DNA of 64,000 nt from an uncultured Actinomycetes bacterium (GCA_963725795.1 CAVRZR010000003.1:387359-451358), one strand, 5' to 3'. Positions 35,759 through 45,452 are shown, numbered from the stretch's first letter. Notes: generated from the sequence alone by a model not told the origin. Numbers and translations: made by a program.

Positions 35759-37792
35759 ATGGCGAAGATCTCGTTTGCTGGATGGAAGGACCCGGTCCGG
35801 AGGCCCCGGTACATCATCTGGACCGGTGTCGCGGTTCTCGTGATCGCGGTTTTCGCGATTCTCGCGTTAGGGGCGACCTCGACCTACTGGTTCTGCGCCA
35901 GCATCTGCCACAAGGTCCAAGACGACAGCATCATCGCCTACAACCGCTCCAGCCATAGCCAGATCTCATGCATGTCATGCCACGAGCCGGTGAACGCCGA
36001 TCCGGTGACGTTCATCCTCGCCAAGGCGGAAGCCCTCGGCGAGTTGTATCTCACGGCCCTGAACAAGTACGAGCTGCCGCTGAACGCGGAGAGCCACTAC
36101 TCCCTGGAGCTGGAGTCCAGGCAGTGCACTCAATGCCATTCGGAGAACCGCATCATCACGCCGACACAGGGCGTGATCATCGACCACGATGTCCACGCCG
36201 AGAAGGAAGTGCAGTGTACGTACTGTCACAACCGGATCGCGCATCGGGAGGACTTCGAACTCACGCTGAAGAACCCGGACGGTAGTCCGAGTCACAAACA
36301 CGACGACTTCATGTCCATGACCGCGTGCTTCCGTTGCCACAGCCAGGGCGAGGACGGGCTCGAGCGTCCGCTCGAGGCGGCGGGAACATGCAGCCTCTGT
36401 CATCCGTCGAACTTCCAGCTCAAGCCCGCCAGCCACTTCGAGCAGGACTTCTACCCCAAGGGCCACGCCGAACTGGCAGCCGAGGTCCAGACCGAGACGG
36501 CCGAGGCGCGCAAGGAGGCTGAGGCCGAGGGCGAAGGCGAGGGCGGCGAGGAGCCTCTCGGCATGCAGCTCCCGACGGTGGCCGAGGTGAACTACTGCGA
36601 GACGTGCCACAACAAGGAGACCTTCTGCAACGGTTGCCACGGCATGGAGATGCCGCACCCGGCCGAATTCCTCGAACCTGCGAGTCCGACCGATCCGGCG
36701 GGCCACCCCGAGGTGTCGAAGAAGGCACCGGATAAGTGCGAGATGTGCCACCAGGTCAAGAAGACGGACTTCTGCAACAAGTGCCACCACGGTACGTACG
36801 TGAGCTGGGACTACAAGTCCGCGCCGCCGTGGATCAACCAGCACGCCACGGCGGTCAACAAGACCGGCATAGCGCCGTGCACCCAGAAGTGCCATACCAC
36901 GACGTTCTGTTCGGACTGCCACACCAAGCTCAAGCCGATACCGACGTCCCACAAGCAGAAGACGTGGCTGCACAACAAGACGACCGTGACTGTGCCGGGT
37001 CAGGCTGCGGCGAAGCCGACCGCGCTGCACGCGACCAACGCGCTGAACGACATGGAGACCTGCACGGTGTGTCACGGCAACAAGGACGCGAACGCGAAGT
37101 TCTGCAAGGCATGCCATAAGCTGGAGACGCCTCACCCCGAGCAGTTCAAGGAGTTCCACTCCAAGACTGGCAAGTCCAATCCGGCCGTGTGCCTGAACTG
37201 CCATCGATTCACCGAGATCTGCAGCAACTGTCACCACATCGGCTCGTCGCTCAGGGCCCCGTGGATGAACATCCATGGAGCCTCGGTGGCGAAGAACGGA
37301 GCGGCAGGCTGCATAGAGAAGTGCCACCAGAAGAAGGACTGCGTTGCGTGCCATACCTCTCGCAAGGTCGTTCCCGCATCGCACAAGACGAAGGACTTCG
37401 TGAAGCGTACGAAGCCCGACGTACCCGCGAAGCACACGACGCAGTACGAGCAGAACTCAGACGCATGCACCTACTGCCACGGCGACGGCGGTCCGAATGC
37501 CAAGTTCTGTAAGAGCTGTCACAAGCTCGACATGCCGCACCCGATCGACGAGAACAACAAGCAGAAGTTCCCGCACAAGGATCAGCTCAACAAGGGCGCG
37601 TACAAGAAGGTGCAGTGTACGAACTGCCATACGCAGTACTTCTGCGACAGCTGCCATCACGAGGGCGCCTCGGCTAAGCAGCCCTGGCGGACGTACCACC
37701 CCACTGTCGTGAAGAAGAACGGCGCGGAACCCTGCTTCGAGTGCCACGCCGAGACGTTCTGTTCGTACTGCCACGTGCGACTCAACAAGTAG
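35759..37792 (+). CDS. membrane-anchored 24-heme c-type cytochrome: NapC/NirT-like N-terminal module plus three hexaheme repeats (intact)
   Basis: ATG 35759. TM helix YIIWTGVAVLVIAVFAILALGA. 21 CXXCH plus 3 CX3CH (CASICH 35894, CTQKCH, CIEKCH) in 677 codons. The first four motifs are spaced as in NapC/NirT/CymA quinol dehydrogenases. Confidence 0.9.
   Translation: MAKISFAGWKDPVRRPRYIIWTGVAVLVIAVFAILALGATSTYWFCASICHKVQDDSIIAYNRSSHSQISCMSCHEPVNADPVTFILAKAEALGELYLTALNKYELPLNAESHYSLELESRQCTQCHSENRIITPTQGVIIDHDVHAEKEVQCTYCHNRIAHREDFELTLKNPDGSPSHKHDDFMSMTACFRCHSQGEDGLERPLEAAGTCSLCHPSNFQLKPASHFEQDFYPKGHAELAAEVQTETAEARKEAEAEGEGEGGEEPLGMQLPTVAEVNYCETCHNKETFCNGCHGMEMPHPAEFLEPASPTDPAGHPEVSKKAPDKCEMCHQVKKTDFCNKCHHGTYVSWDYKSAPPWINQHATAVNKTGIAPCTQKCHTTTFCSDCHTKLKPIPTSHKQKTWLHNKTTVTVPGQAAAKPTALHATNALNDMETCTVCHGNKDANAKFCKACHKLETPHPEQFKEFHSKTGKSNPAVCLNCHRFTEICSNCHHIGSSLRAPWMNIHGASVAKNGAAGCIEKCHQKKDCVACHTSRKVVPASHKTKDFVKRTKPDVPAKHTTQYEQNSDACTYCHGDGGPNAKFCKSCHKLDMPHPIDENNKQKFPHKDQLNKGAYKKVQCTNCHTQYFCDSCHHEGASAKQPWRTYHPTVVKKNGAEPCFECHAETFCSYCHVRLNK
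36596..37792 (+). repeat. three tandem intragenic repeats, six heme motifs each
   Basis: Repeat starts at TGC 36596, 37061 and 37466. Shared pattern CxxCH-x8-11-FCxxCHk(l)(e/d)mPHP ... CxxCH-x4-5-(F/I)CxxCHh ... PW ... C(x2-3)CH-x3-4-(F/D)CxxCH. Confidence 0.8.
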
Positions 37793-37817
37793 CGCAGACG
37801 CTCCAGGCAAGAAACAC

Positions 37818-37846
37818 GAGAGCCCGGGCCTTGTGCCCGGGCTCTT
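37818..37846 (+). terminator. stem-loop terminator after 24-heme cytochrome
   Basis: GAGAGCCCGGGC-CTTGT-GCCCGGGCTCTT (12-bp stem). Confidence 0.55.
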
Positions 37847-37927
37847 CGCTGTGGCACGCGGACCTCGGATTCGCTGGCGCGATTCATCTTTGCGCTGGTG
37901 TCGCGAGCGTGTATGATACGGCGGCGT

Positions 37928-38004
<77 letters not shown>

Positions 38005-38062
38005 GCCCGCACCTTCAACGGCAGGCCTCAGCGCCTGCCGTTGCCCATCTGGGGAGCAAGGT

Positions 38063-38737
38063 TTGTACGAAACGCTGCTCCAGCTGTTCGGCTACGGCCT
38101 GTGCCATCAACTGCCCGAACGCTCCTTGTTCGGCGGATCCGTACAGGTGCCCGTTTGCGCTCGGGACACGGGGATATACGTCGGCATCGTCCTGTCGCTC
38201 ATCCTTGTTGCTGCGCTGCAGTGGCGGCCGTCCTCGCTTCCGTCGATGCGTGTGGGACTGGTCATGGTCGCCTTCGTCGGCGTCATGGCGCTTGACGGCG
38301 TGACCTCCTATGCGGGCCTCCGACAGACGACGAACGAACTCCGACTGATCACCGGGCTGCTGTCCGGGTACGCGATCGGCGCTCTGATGGCGCCTCTTCT
38401 CAACGATCAGCTCTGGCGGCGCTCGTCGGCGGAGCGCGTGCTTGGCGACGCGAGGAGCTTCTGGCTCTGGCTCGCTTCGATTCCGGTGGCGTATGTCCTC
38501 ACGTGGTGGGGAGGCGACGTCTTGGGGCGGCTGTTCCCGCTATTGGTCGTTGTAGCCATCCTGTGGTCGTTCACGGTTGCCAACCTTCTGATCGTCACCC
38601 TGTTCCGCCGCTTCGAGCGGCGCGCTGACACCGTCATCCAGGCGTGGGCGCCGATAGGCATCGCTTTCGCGCTCGCGTGGATTGAGATCGCTGCCAGCGC
38701 CGGTATCAAGTTGGTGCTCGTGTCGCTCTTGTCCTGA
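38063..38737 (+). CDS. DUF2085-family membrane protein
   Basis: LFGYGLCHQLPERSLF...VPVCARDTGIY signature followed by 4-5 TM helices. TTG 38063 after GGGGAG; the ORF is open from 37898, overlapping the tRNA. Confidence 0.6.
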   Translation: MYETLLQLFGYGLCHQLPERSLFGGSVQVPVCARDTGIYVGIVLSLILVAALQWRPSSLPSMRVGLVMVAFVGVMALDGVTSYAGLRQTTNELRLITGLLSGYAIGALMAPLLNDQLWRRSSAERVLGDARSFWLWLASIPVAYVLTWWGGDVLGRLFPLLVVVAILWSFTVANLLIVTLFRRFERRADTVIQAWAPIGIAFALAWIEIAASAGIKLVLVSLLS

Positions 38738-38814
38738 TCGAGTGCTGGATCAGCGAACCGTGTCACACCGCGGACGTACTCTCCTAGCGAACACACGTTC
38801 GAGAGGAGAGAGTC

Positions 38815-39153
38815 ATGGATACCGATGATCGTGGCTGGCTGCTCTGGCCGCTGCTGTGCAGCCTCAAACGAGAAGCCCGTTCGGTTCGCCTTATGCCCGA
38901 GAAAGCCGTGGCCGTCGCTGTTCGTGCCGCCTCGGACAGGTTCGCGGATCTTGCACACGTACGCATGGACAACGCAACGACGCGACGTGTTGCCGCTTAC
39001 TTCTGGGGAACTGCACGCCGAGCCGCTCTTCGCTCGGATCGCGCGTACGCGCATCGGGTGGTTCGTGCGACGCTGGCCGCGGATCTGGCTGCGGCGGGGT
39101 GGGAACCCCGGGCGATAGACACAGAGCTCGAACGTGCCGGACTATCTGCCTGA
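38815..39153 (+). CDS. hypothetical protein
   Basis: 112-codon ORF with RBS GAGGAGAGAG 5-8 nt before ATG 38815. No motif recognised. Confidence 0.4.
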   Translation: MDTDDRGWLLWPLLCSLKREARSVRLMPEKAVAVAVRAASDRFADLAHVRMDNATTRRVAAYFWGTARRAALRSDRAYAHRVVRATLAADLAAAGWEPRAIDTELERAGLSA

Positions 39154-39585
39154 GGTTGCGGCCGAGAACAATACGTTGCCGTTGGCAGCGTCCAAGGCCC
39201 AGAGGCGTCTCGCGGAAAGAATCTCGCCCGGACCGCCGTAGACCTCGATCACGACGAGTGCGCGCGTTCCGTTGACAACGGCGTGCTCCACATACACTGG
39301 TACGGAACCCGTGTCCGCCGGAAGCGATCGCGTTATCGTGTTGGCCGCTTGAGCTGCGGTTGAACCGCGAGCCCTGAGTTGCACGAGGGCTTCGTGACGA
39401 AGCGAGGATGCATCTGCCGTTGGCTGCGTCGCAACATGGCCGACCTCCACGTCATCGAGGAGGCGCTCGAGATCCGGAGCGGTGTACGTTGATCCATCCT
39501 CGACGTAGCTGACGATGTTGTGCCCGCAGCCGGACAGTATCAGCGCAAGTGCAAACGCGATCGCGAGCCGTATTGAAGCGCTGAT
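39142..39585 (-). CDS. lipoprotein, hypothetical
   Basis: Signal peptide plus lipobox SASIRLAIAFALALILSGC. No ATG/GTG/TTG precedes it in frame (a TGA lies just upstream). ATC 39585 lies 9 nt after GAAGGGGG. Confidence 0.45.
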   Translation of the reverse strand: MSASIRLAIAFALALILSGCGHNIVSYVEDGSTYTAPDLERLLDDVEVGHVATQPTADASSLRHEALVQLRARGSTAAQAANTITRSLPADTGSVPVYVEHAVVNGTRALVVIEVYGGPGEILSARRLWALDAANGNVLFSAATSGR

Positions 39586-39694
39586 CGTGGTCCACCCCCT
39601 TCAGGCTTCGATTACGATAGCAGGCGTGCTATCACCAACGGGTATGCTGTGCGCGTAGCCGAAGTACGCAGGCGACTGGGAACCCTGGAGACCG

Positions 39695-40501
39695 ATGCAG
39701 CCTATCATCGCGTTCGTTTCTGATTTCGGCCTGGAAGACACCTGGGTCGGCGTGTGCCATGCAGTGATCCATCAGAGGTGTCCGGACGCTCGGGTGGTCG
39801 ACTTGGCACACCACATTCCGCCGTACGACATCTGGAAGGGTGCGGTTGTCGCGGCCGCCGGCACGTACCAGCTGCCCGATGCCGTTCACTTGATCGTGGT
39901 CGATCCGGGGGTCGGCGAGGGACGGCGCGATCTCTGTCTGGTGACTGCTCGCGGCACGCTCGTGGTCGGACCGGACAACGGCGTCTTGGTGCCCGCTGCT
40001 GCCCGGTCGGGTGGCATTGCGGAAGCGTATGTCCTGGACGCGCATCTCCTCTTAGTCGATCAACCTCTGGCAACGTTCCATGGCAGAGATATCCTCGCAC
40101 CTGCGGCCGCCGTATTGGCCTGCGGAGAGCCACCCTCGTCGCTCGGAGAGAGGATCGAACCGGACGCGTTGGTCGCCGCACCCTTCACGCCCGCCCACGA
40201 GGAGAACGGATACCTTGTGGGCGTTGTGCTCGAATCAGACCGGTTCGGTTCGATCCGCACCTCGGCGACCGCCGAGGATGCTGTGGCTCGCGGCTACATC
40301 GGTCGAATGCTGGAGGTCAGCGTCGGACACTCTCGCTTGGCCATGCTTTGCGGCACGACCTTCTCGGACGTGCCAGAAGGCGATCTGATCGCTCTGGTCG
40401 ACGCTTCAGGGTGGCTGACGATCGCGGAGAACACCGGCAGCGCGTTCGAACGCCTCGGCGTGGAGCCGGGCACGCACGTCAGGATCCTTGTTCTCGAGTG
40501 A
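39695..40501 (+). CDS. SAM hydroxide adenosyltransferase / SAM hydrolase family (DUF62)
   Basis: IAFVSDFGLEDTWVGVCHAVI...HLIVVDPGVG...VGPDNGVL...FHGRDILAPAAA typical of the fluorinase/chlorinase-like DUF62 family. Confidence 0.7.
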   Translation: MQPIIAFVSDFGLEDTWVGVCHAVIHQRCPDARVVDLAHHIPPYDIWKGAVVAAAGTYQLPDAVHLIVVDPGVGEGRRDLCLVTARGTLVVGPDNGVLVPAAARSGGIAEAYVLDAHLLLVDQPLATFHGRDILAPAAAVLACGEPPSSLGERIEPDALVAAPFTPAHEENGYLVGVVLESDRFGSIRTSATAEDAVARGYIGRMLEVSVGHSRLAMLCGTTFSDVPEGDLIALVDASGWLTIAENTGSAFERLGVEPGTHVRILVLE

Positions 40502-40555
40502 CTGTCACACCTCTCGGATACCGTCGGCTGGGTCGGCACCGACGGGAGAGGCAAC

Positions 40556-41560
40556 GTGAAGGCACAGTACATCGCTGAACTGACCGAGGGCAGCAGAGTC
40601 GATACGACGTTCGTGATGCGCGCCAAAGAGATGCGCGCCACGCGGGCCGGCGAGGCGTTCTTGGCGCTTGAGCTGGCCGATCGAAGCGGGCAGATTCCGG
40701 CTGTTTGGTTCCGACCGGACATCGCGGCCAGCGCCATCCCCATCTCCACTGTGGTGCGCGCTTGCGGCACCGTGACTCGCTTTCGGCAGGTAAGACGCAT
40801 ATCGCTCGACTCGATGAGGCCTGAAGACCGCTGGGCCGCCGATGATTTCCTCGCTCGCGGGCAGCGAGACGAAGATGAGCTGCTGGCCGAGCTCCGCGCG
40901 TTGGTGACATCGGTCTCGGACCCGACGCTGGCCAAAGTGCTTCGCCGTGTGTTCGGCGACAAGGCCTTCTTCGCACGGTTTCGCGAGTGCGCCGGTGCGC
41001 AGTCGTACCACCATGCGCACCTCGGGGGATTGCTCGAACACACCGTCGCCGTCGGCTCGCTCTGCAGCCATCTCGCCGCTGCCTACCCATCGGTACACCG
41101 CGACCTCCTCGTCACCGCGGCGCTCCTGCACGACATCGGAAAGGTGGACGAGCTCGCATCCGCGACCTCTATCGAGTACACGAATGAAGGACGTTTGTTG
41201 GGCCACGTGCTGCTCGGCATGCAACGCATCTCGGAGGCCGCTCGGCGCGCCGGTGCGGGCCGCAGCAACACGATCGTGCTTCAGCTCGAACACGCCGTTC
41301 TCTCTCACCACGGGGAACTCGAGTGGGGTTCCCCAAAACGGCCGTCAACGCTGGAGGCCTTGCTGCTACACCACGCTGACAACCTCGATGCCAAAGCCGC
41401 AGGATTCGCCTCGCTGACGGCTTGCGCTACCCGTGCCGACGAGGTGTGGACCGATGCCTCGAATCTGTTCAGACGGCCGCTCTACGCTCCGCGCCCCGCC
41501 GAGGATGAGCGCGATCGTCCCATCGCTGAAGAGGGGCAGGATCTGAGTCTGTCCGCGTGA
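40556..41560 (+). CDS. OB-fold plus HD-domain 3'-5' exoribonuclease (YhaM-like)
   Basis: N-terminal OB fold (FLALELADRSGQIPAVWF). HD domain HHAHLGGLLEHTV...LLHDIGKV...SHHGELEWGSP. Confidence 0.7.
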   Translation: MKAQYIAELTEGSRVDTTFVMRAKEMRATRAGEAFLALELADRSGQIPAVWFRPDIAASAIPISTVVRACGTVTRFRQVRRISLDSMRPEDRWAADDFLARGQRDEDELLAELRALVTSVSDPTLAKVLRRVFGDKAFFARFRECAGAQSYHHAHLGGLLEHTVAVGSLCSHLAAAYPSVHRDLLVTAALLHDIGKVDELASATSIEYTNEGRLLGHVLLGMQRISEAARRAGAGRSNTIVLQLEHAVLSHHGELEWGSPKRPSTLEALLLHHADNLDAKAAGFASLTACATRADEVWTDASNLFRRPLYAPRPAEDERDRPIAEEGQDLSLSA

Positions 41561-41700
41561 AGACAGCGCTGGGGCCGGATTGCCGCCCGGCTGTGGCTAG
41601 GCCACGCGCCGCACGAGGGCGACGCCTCGGTGGAGTGCGCGCGTCGATGCACTAGAATCGACTCGTTGCGCCGGGCCCAACAAGGAACAAGGGAGCGATC

Positions 41701-42495
41701 ATGTCGTTGCCGTCGGTCGAGATAGGCGTCTTCGGAGGAAGCGGCTTCTACGAACTGCTCGACGATCCCGAGGAGCACCGCATCAACACGCCCTTCGGGG
41801 CGCCGTCCTCGCCTGTGATGACGGGTTCCATCGGCGGCAAGGCCGTCGCATTCATGCCTCGGCACGGCACGAGCCATCAGTATCCGCCGCACATGATCAA
41901 CTATCGCGCGAACGTGTGGGCGATGAAGGAACTGGGCGTCGTACGGCTCATCGGACCGAACGCGTGCGGTTCCCTTCAGTCACACGTCCAGCCGGGCGAC
42001 TTCGTCGTCTGCGATCAATTCGTCGACCGAACGTGGGGCCGGAAGGACACGTATTTCGATGGTCCGATCACCACCCACGTGTCGTCGGCCGACCCCTACT
42101 GCCCGACGATGCGGCGTATCGCCCTCGACGCGGCGGCAGAGCTTGGCATCACGGCTCATGCGGCCGGAACTGTCGTGGTCATTCAGGGCCCTCGCTTCTC
42201 GACGCGGTCGGAGTCGCGGTGGTTCGCGTCACAAGGGTGGGAAGTGATCAACATGACGCAGTACCCGGAGGCCTACCTCGCGAGGGAGCTGGAGATCTGC
42301 TATCTGAACATCTCGCTTATCACCGACTACGACGTGGGTACAGAGAACGTGGGCCCAGTGAGCAACGACGAAGTCGTGAGAGTGTTCGCGGAGAACAACC
42401 ACAAGCTGAAGGACCTCCTATACAAGATCATTCCCGCCCTGCCAGCCGAGAGGCCGTGTCCGTGTGCATCGGCGCTGGACGGTGCCGCGTTCTGA
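41701..42495 (+). CDS. mtnP: S-methyl-5'-thioadenosine phosphorylase
   Basis: IGVFGGSGFYEL...TPFGAPSSPV...FMPRHG..H.YPPH.INYRANVWAMKELGV...NMTQYPEAYLARELEICY. Confidence 0.85.
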   Translation: MSLPSVEIGVFGGSGFYELLDDPEEHRINTPFGAPSSPVMTGSIGGKAVAFMPRHGTSHQYPPHMINYRANVWAMKELGVVRLIGPNACGSLQSHVQPGDFVVCDQFVDRTWGRKDTYFDGPITTHVSSADPYCPTMRRIALDAAAELGITAHAAGTVVVIQGPRFSTRSESRWFASQGWEVINMTQYPEAYLARELEICYLNISLITDYDVGTENVGPVSNDEVVRVFAENNHKLKDLLYKIIPALPAERPCPCASALDGAAF

Positions 42496-42563
42496 CCAGC
42501 CGGCAGTTCTCCTGCGCGACACGGTGTCCGCAACGAGTCGGTGCGCTCGGCCAGAGGAGTGCC

Positions 42564-43688
42564 ATGTTCAACCTGCCGTCCGTGCGCATCGGTGTCTTCT
42601 TCGGGATCCCCATCGAGCTGAACCCGACGTGGTTCATCATCTTCGTGCTCGTGGCGGCTTCCCTCGCGTTCGGGACCTTTCCTGCCAACCCCGAGTTCGC
42701 GGGTTGGGGCCAAGCGGGCTACATAGCGGCTGGACTGCTGACCGCCCTGCTCTTCTTTGCCTCCATCGTGTTCCACGAGCTGAGCCACTCGCTGGTCGCT
42801 CGCTCCGGAGGACTCAAGATCGAGCGGGTCACGCTATTCATATTCGGCGGAGTGGCGCAGATGGCCGAGGAGCCGCACACGCCTGGCGCCGAGTTCGTGA
42901 TGGCCATCGCGGGTCCGCTTGCAAGCCTCCTCCTGGCAGGGGTCTTCTTCGCCGCGGAGGTCGCAAGCCGGCTCGGCGGACTTCCCTCCTGGATCTGGGG
43001 TCCGCTCGCATACCTCGCTCAGATCAACCTGATCGTCGGCGTCTTCAACCTCCTGCCCGGTTTCCCGCTCGATGGCGGTCGCGTGCTGAGGTCGGTTCTT
43101 TGGGGGATCACCCACGATCAACTCAAGGCGACCAAATGGGCCGCGCGTTCCGGCCAGTTCATCGGCTACTCCATGGTCGCGTTGGCGGTATTCGGCGTGT
43201 TGCAGGGAACGCTCGGCCTCGTCTGGTTCGGCCTCATAGGCTGGTTCATCGCAGTCCTCGCGGACAGCTCGTACAGACAGGAGCTGCAGAAGAGCCGGCT
43301 CCACGCCATATCCGTGGCCACCGCGATGTCGCCCTCGCCCGTGGTTGCGCCAGGCGATATCACCCTCGAGCAACTCGCGCACGACTACTTCCTGGGCGGG
43401 CGGCATAGCCGATACCCGGTCCTCTTGGACGGCCAAGTGATCGGATTGATCTCACTCGCCGAAGCGAAGCGGTTGCCGCGTGAAGCTTGGGGCAGCACCC
43501 GCGTTGCCGACGTTGCCAACCGCGATATGCAGTCGCTGCTCGTCCAGGCGGAGGCGCCGCTGGACGCCGCCCTCCCGAGACTCATGGGGGAGAAGCCCGG
43601 CGCGCTTCTGGTCGTTTCGGGCGGACGCCTCGTAGGCATCCTCACGAGAGCCGATGTCATCTCGCGGCTGCGACGCAGCGAGATCTGA
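42564..43688 (+). CDS. site-2 protease family (M50) metalloprotease with C-terminal CBS pair
   Basis: HELSHSLVAR (HExxH), LPGFPLDGGRVL, multiple TM helices, then two CBS-like units. Confidence 0.8.
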   Translation: MFNLPSVRIGVFFGIPIELNPTWFIIFVLVAASLAFGTFPANPEFAGWGQAGYIAAGLLTALLFFASIVFHELSHSLVARSGGLKIERVTLFIFGGVAQMAEEPHTPGAEFVMAIAGPLASLLLAGVFFAAEVASRLGGLPSWIWGPLAYLAQINLIVGVFNLLPGFPLDGGRVLRSVLWGITHDQLKATKWAARSGQFIGYSMVALAVFGVLQGTLGLVWFGLIGWFIAVLADSSYRQELQKSRLHAISVATAMSPSPVVAPGDITLEQLAHDYFLGGRHSRYPVLLDGQVIGLISLAEAKRLPREAWGSTRVADVANRDMQSLLVQAEAPLDAALPRLMGEKPGALLVVSGGRLVGILTRADVISRLRRSEI

Positions 43689-43749
43689 CACGCCCTCGGC
43701 CGTTCGACGGACTTTCTCGCTGGAATGCGGAATTACCGCGGCAAACCCG

Positions 43750-43778
43750 TTGCCGAAGTATGTAACAGTTGTTACGAT
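43750..43778 (+). promoter_or_regulatory. rex promoter with embedded inverted repeat TGTAAC-AGTT-GTTACG (43761-43776)
   Basis: TTGCCG (43750-55), 17-nt spacer, TACGAT (43773-78). GTAACA-GT-TGTTAC palindrome at 43762-43775, 37 nt upstream of GTG 43812. Confidence 0.4.
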
Positions 43779-43811
43779 ATCTGCTACTTCGACCGGCACG
43801 AAGGGCTCACC

Positions 43812-44462
43812 GTGGTTGTAGCCAGCGAGCGAATTCCTGAGGGTGTGATCGAGCGCCTGCCAACCTATCTGGGCGCGCTGATGCAACTTCGGCAGGAGGG
43901 CCACAGCACGATCTCGTCGGCCAGCTTGGGCGACCTCATCGAGATCAACCCTGCTCAGATCCGCCGCGATCTCGCCTATTTTGGGTCGTTCGGCAAGCGT
44001 GGTGTCGGATACGATCTCATGACGCTGATCAACCGAATCCAGAGCATCCTCGGGTCGGACCACACGCACGGAATCGTGCTGGTTGGAGCGGGTAACCTGG
44101 GATCCGCGATCGCGGCATATGACGGCCTTCGGGCTCGCGGCTTCCGAGTCGCCGCCATCTTCGACAACGACCCGTCCAAGGTCGGGAAGCGGATTGGCGA
44201 CCTCATCGTCCAGGACATGTCGCACCTCGAGAAGACCGTACGCGAGCAGGATGTGAAGATCGGGGTGATCGCCGTGTCGCCCGAGGCGGCGCAGGCAGCG
44301 GCCGATGCGCTCTGCTCAACGGGGGTGAGCGTGATTCTCAATTACGCGCCCACCATTGTGCACGTGCCACGCGAGGTCACACTTCACAACACCGACCCCG
44401 TGAGGGAGTTGCTGCACACGCTGTACTACCTGTCGCGCGCGGAGGGCGTAGCCAGGGTATAG
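43812..44462 (+). CDS. rex: redox-sensing transcriptional repressor Rex
   Basis: IPEGVIERLPTYLGALMQL...ISSASLG...QIRRDLAYFGSFGKRGVGY...VLVGAGNLGSAIA...IFDNDPSKVG. Start GTG 43812; the ORF is open from 43725. Confidence 0.85.
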   Translation: MVVASERIPEGVIERLPTYLGALMQLRQEGHSTISSASLGDLIEINPAQIRRDLAYFGSFGKRGVGYDLMTLINRIQSILGSDHTHGIVLVGAGNLGSAIAAYDGLRARGFRVAAIFDNDPSKVGKRIGDLIVQDMSHLEKTVREQDVKIGVIAVSPEAAQAAADALCSTGVSVILNYAPTIVHVPREVTLHNTDPVRELLHTLYYLSRAEGVARV

Positions 44463-44550
44463 GCGTGATGGTACGCTTCCTGCGGTATGTCATCCGGCCA
44501 GCTAGACCGGTTGTAGTTTTCATCGGCGAACTCAAGAAGGTGGAGAGACC

Positions 44551-44799
44551 ATGGCGCTGCTAGGCATCCCGGGTTTGGGAACCGGCGAACTCGTCATCAT
44601 CCTCGTGATCGTGCTCGTCTTGTTCGGCCCCAAGCGGCTTCCGCAGCTCGGCAAGAGCCTTGGCAAGACGGTGAAGTCCATGCGCGATGGGCTGGAAGGT
44701 AAGGGCGAGGAAGAGGAAGAAGAGCCCGTCGTGAAGGCCAAGGCCGAGGTGGCCGACAAGCCGAAGGCGACTGAGTCCGAAGAGACTGACGAGCAGTAG
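44551..44799 (+). CDS. tatA: twin-arginine translocase subunit TatA/E
   Basis: GELVIILVIVLVLFGPKRLPQLGKSLGKTVKSMRDG followed by an acidic tail. Confidence 0.85.
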   Translation: MALLGIPGLGTGELVIILVIVLVLFGPKRLPQLGKSLGKTVKSMRDGLEGKGEEEEEEPVVKAKAEVADKPKATESEETDEQ

Positions 44800-44975
44800 G
44801 TTTCCCGCCGGGCGCGTGCGCCTGCCTGCACTTCTCGCTCCGGAGCTTGTGCACCGGATCAATTCGAGTATACTTTCCGGGACATTCTCGGGCTGCCCGG
44901 TACAGCGGGGCAGCCCGTCCGCTTGAGACGACGCGCGCAGGCCGTGGGCTGCGCCTTTGGACGACGGGGGTCCGC

Positions 44976-45452
44976 ATGCACAAAGAAATCGCGCTTACGC
45001 CAGAGGGGCAGACCAAACTCGAGGAAGAACTGCACCACCTCGAGACCGTGCGTCGTCGCGAGGTCGGCGAGCGCATCAAGGAGGCCAAGGAGTTCGGCGA
45101 CATCTCCGAGAACTCCGAGTACGACGACGCCAAGAACGAACAGGCGTGGGTCGAGAGCCGGATCGCCGAGGTCAGCCAGATCCTCGCTCACGCGACGATA
45201 ATCAGCAAGCCGAAGAAGACCGACAAGGTCACCTTGGGCTCGAAGATCCAGTTGCGCGACACCGTCAGCGGCACGGTCTTCGTATACCGGATCGTCGGAT
45301 CCGCCGAAGCGGATCCCGCGAACGACCGCATCTCGAACGAATCACCGGTGGGCCAAGCCGTCGTCGGCAAGAAGAAGGGCGAGAAGGTGACGGTCACCAC
45401 TCCGTCCGGCCGCGAGCTCGAGTACGAAGTCCTCTCGATCAGCACACGATAG
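44976..45452 (+). CDS. greA: transcription elongation factor GreA
   Basis: LTPEGQTKLEEELHHLETVRRREVGERIKEAKEFGDISENSEYDDAKNEQ...SNESPVGQAVVGKKKGE. Confidence 0.9.
   Translation: MHKEIALTPEGQTKLEEELHHLETVRRREVGERIKEAKEFGDISENSEYDDAKNEQAWVESRIAEVSQILAHATIISKPKKTDKVTLGSKIQLRDTVSGTVFVYRIVGSAEADPANDRISNESPVGQAVVGKKKGEKVTVTTPSGRELEYEVLSISTR

Noticed and set aside
35975-37435. 486-codon ORF on the minus strand
   Set aside because: It lies entirely antisense to the 24-heme cytochrome gene. It is Arg/Leu/Val-rich low-information sequence with no motifs, typical of a shadow ORF in high-GC DNA.
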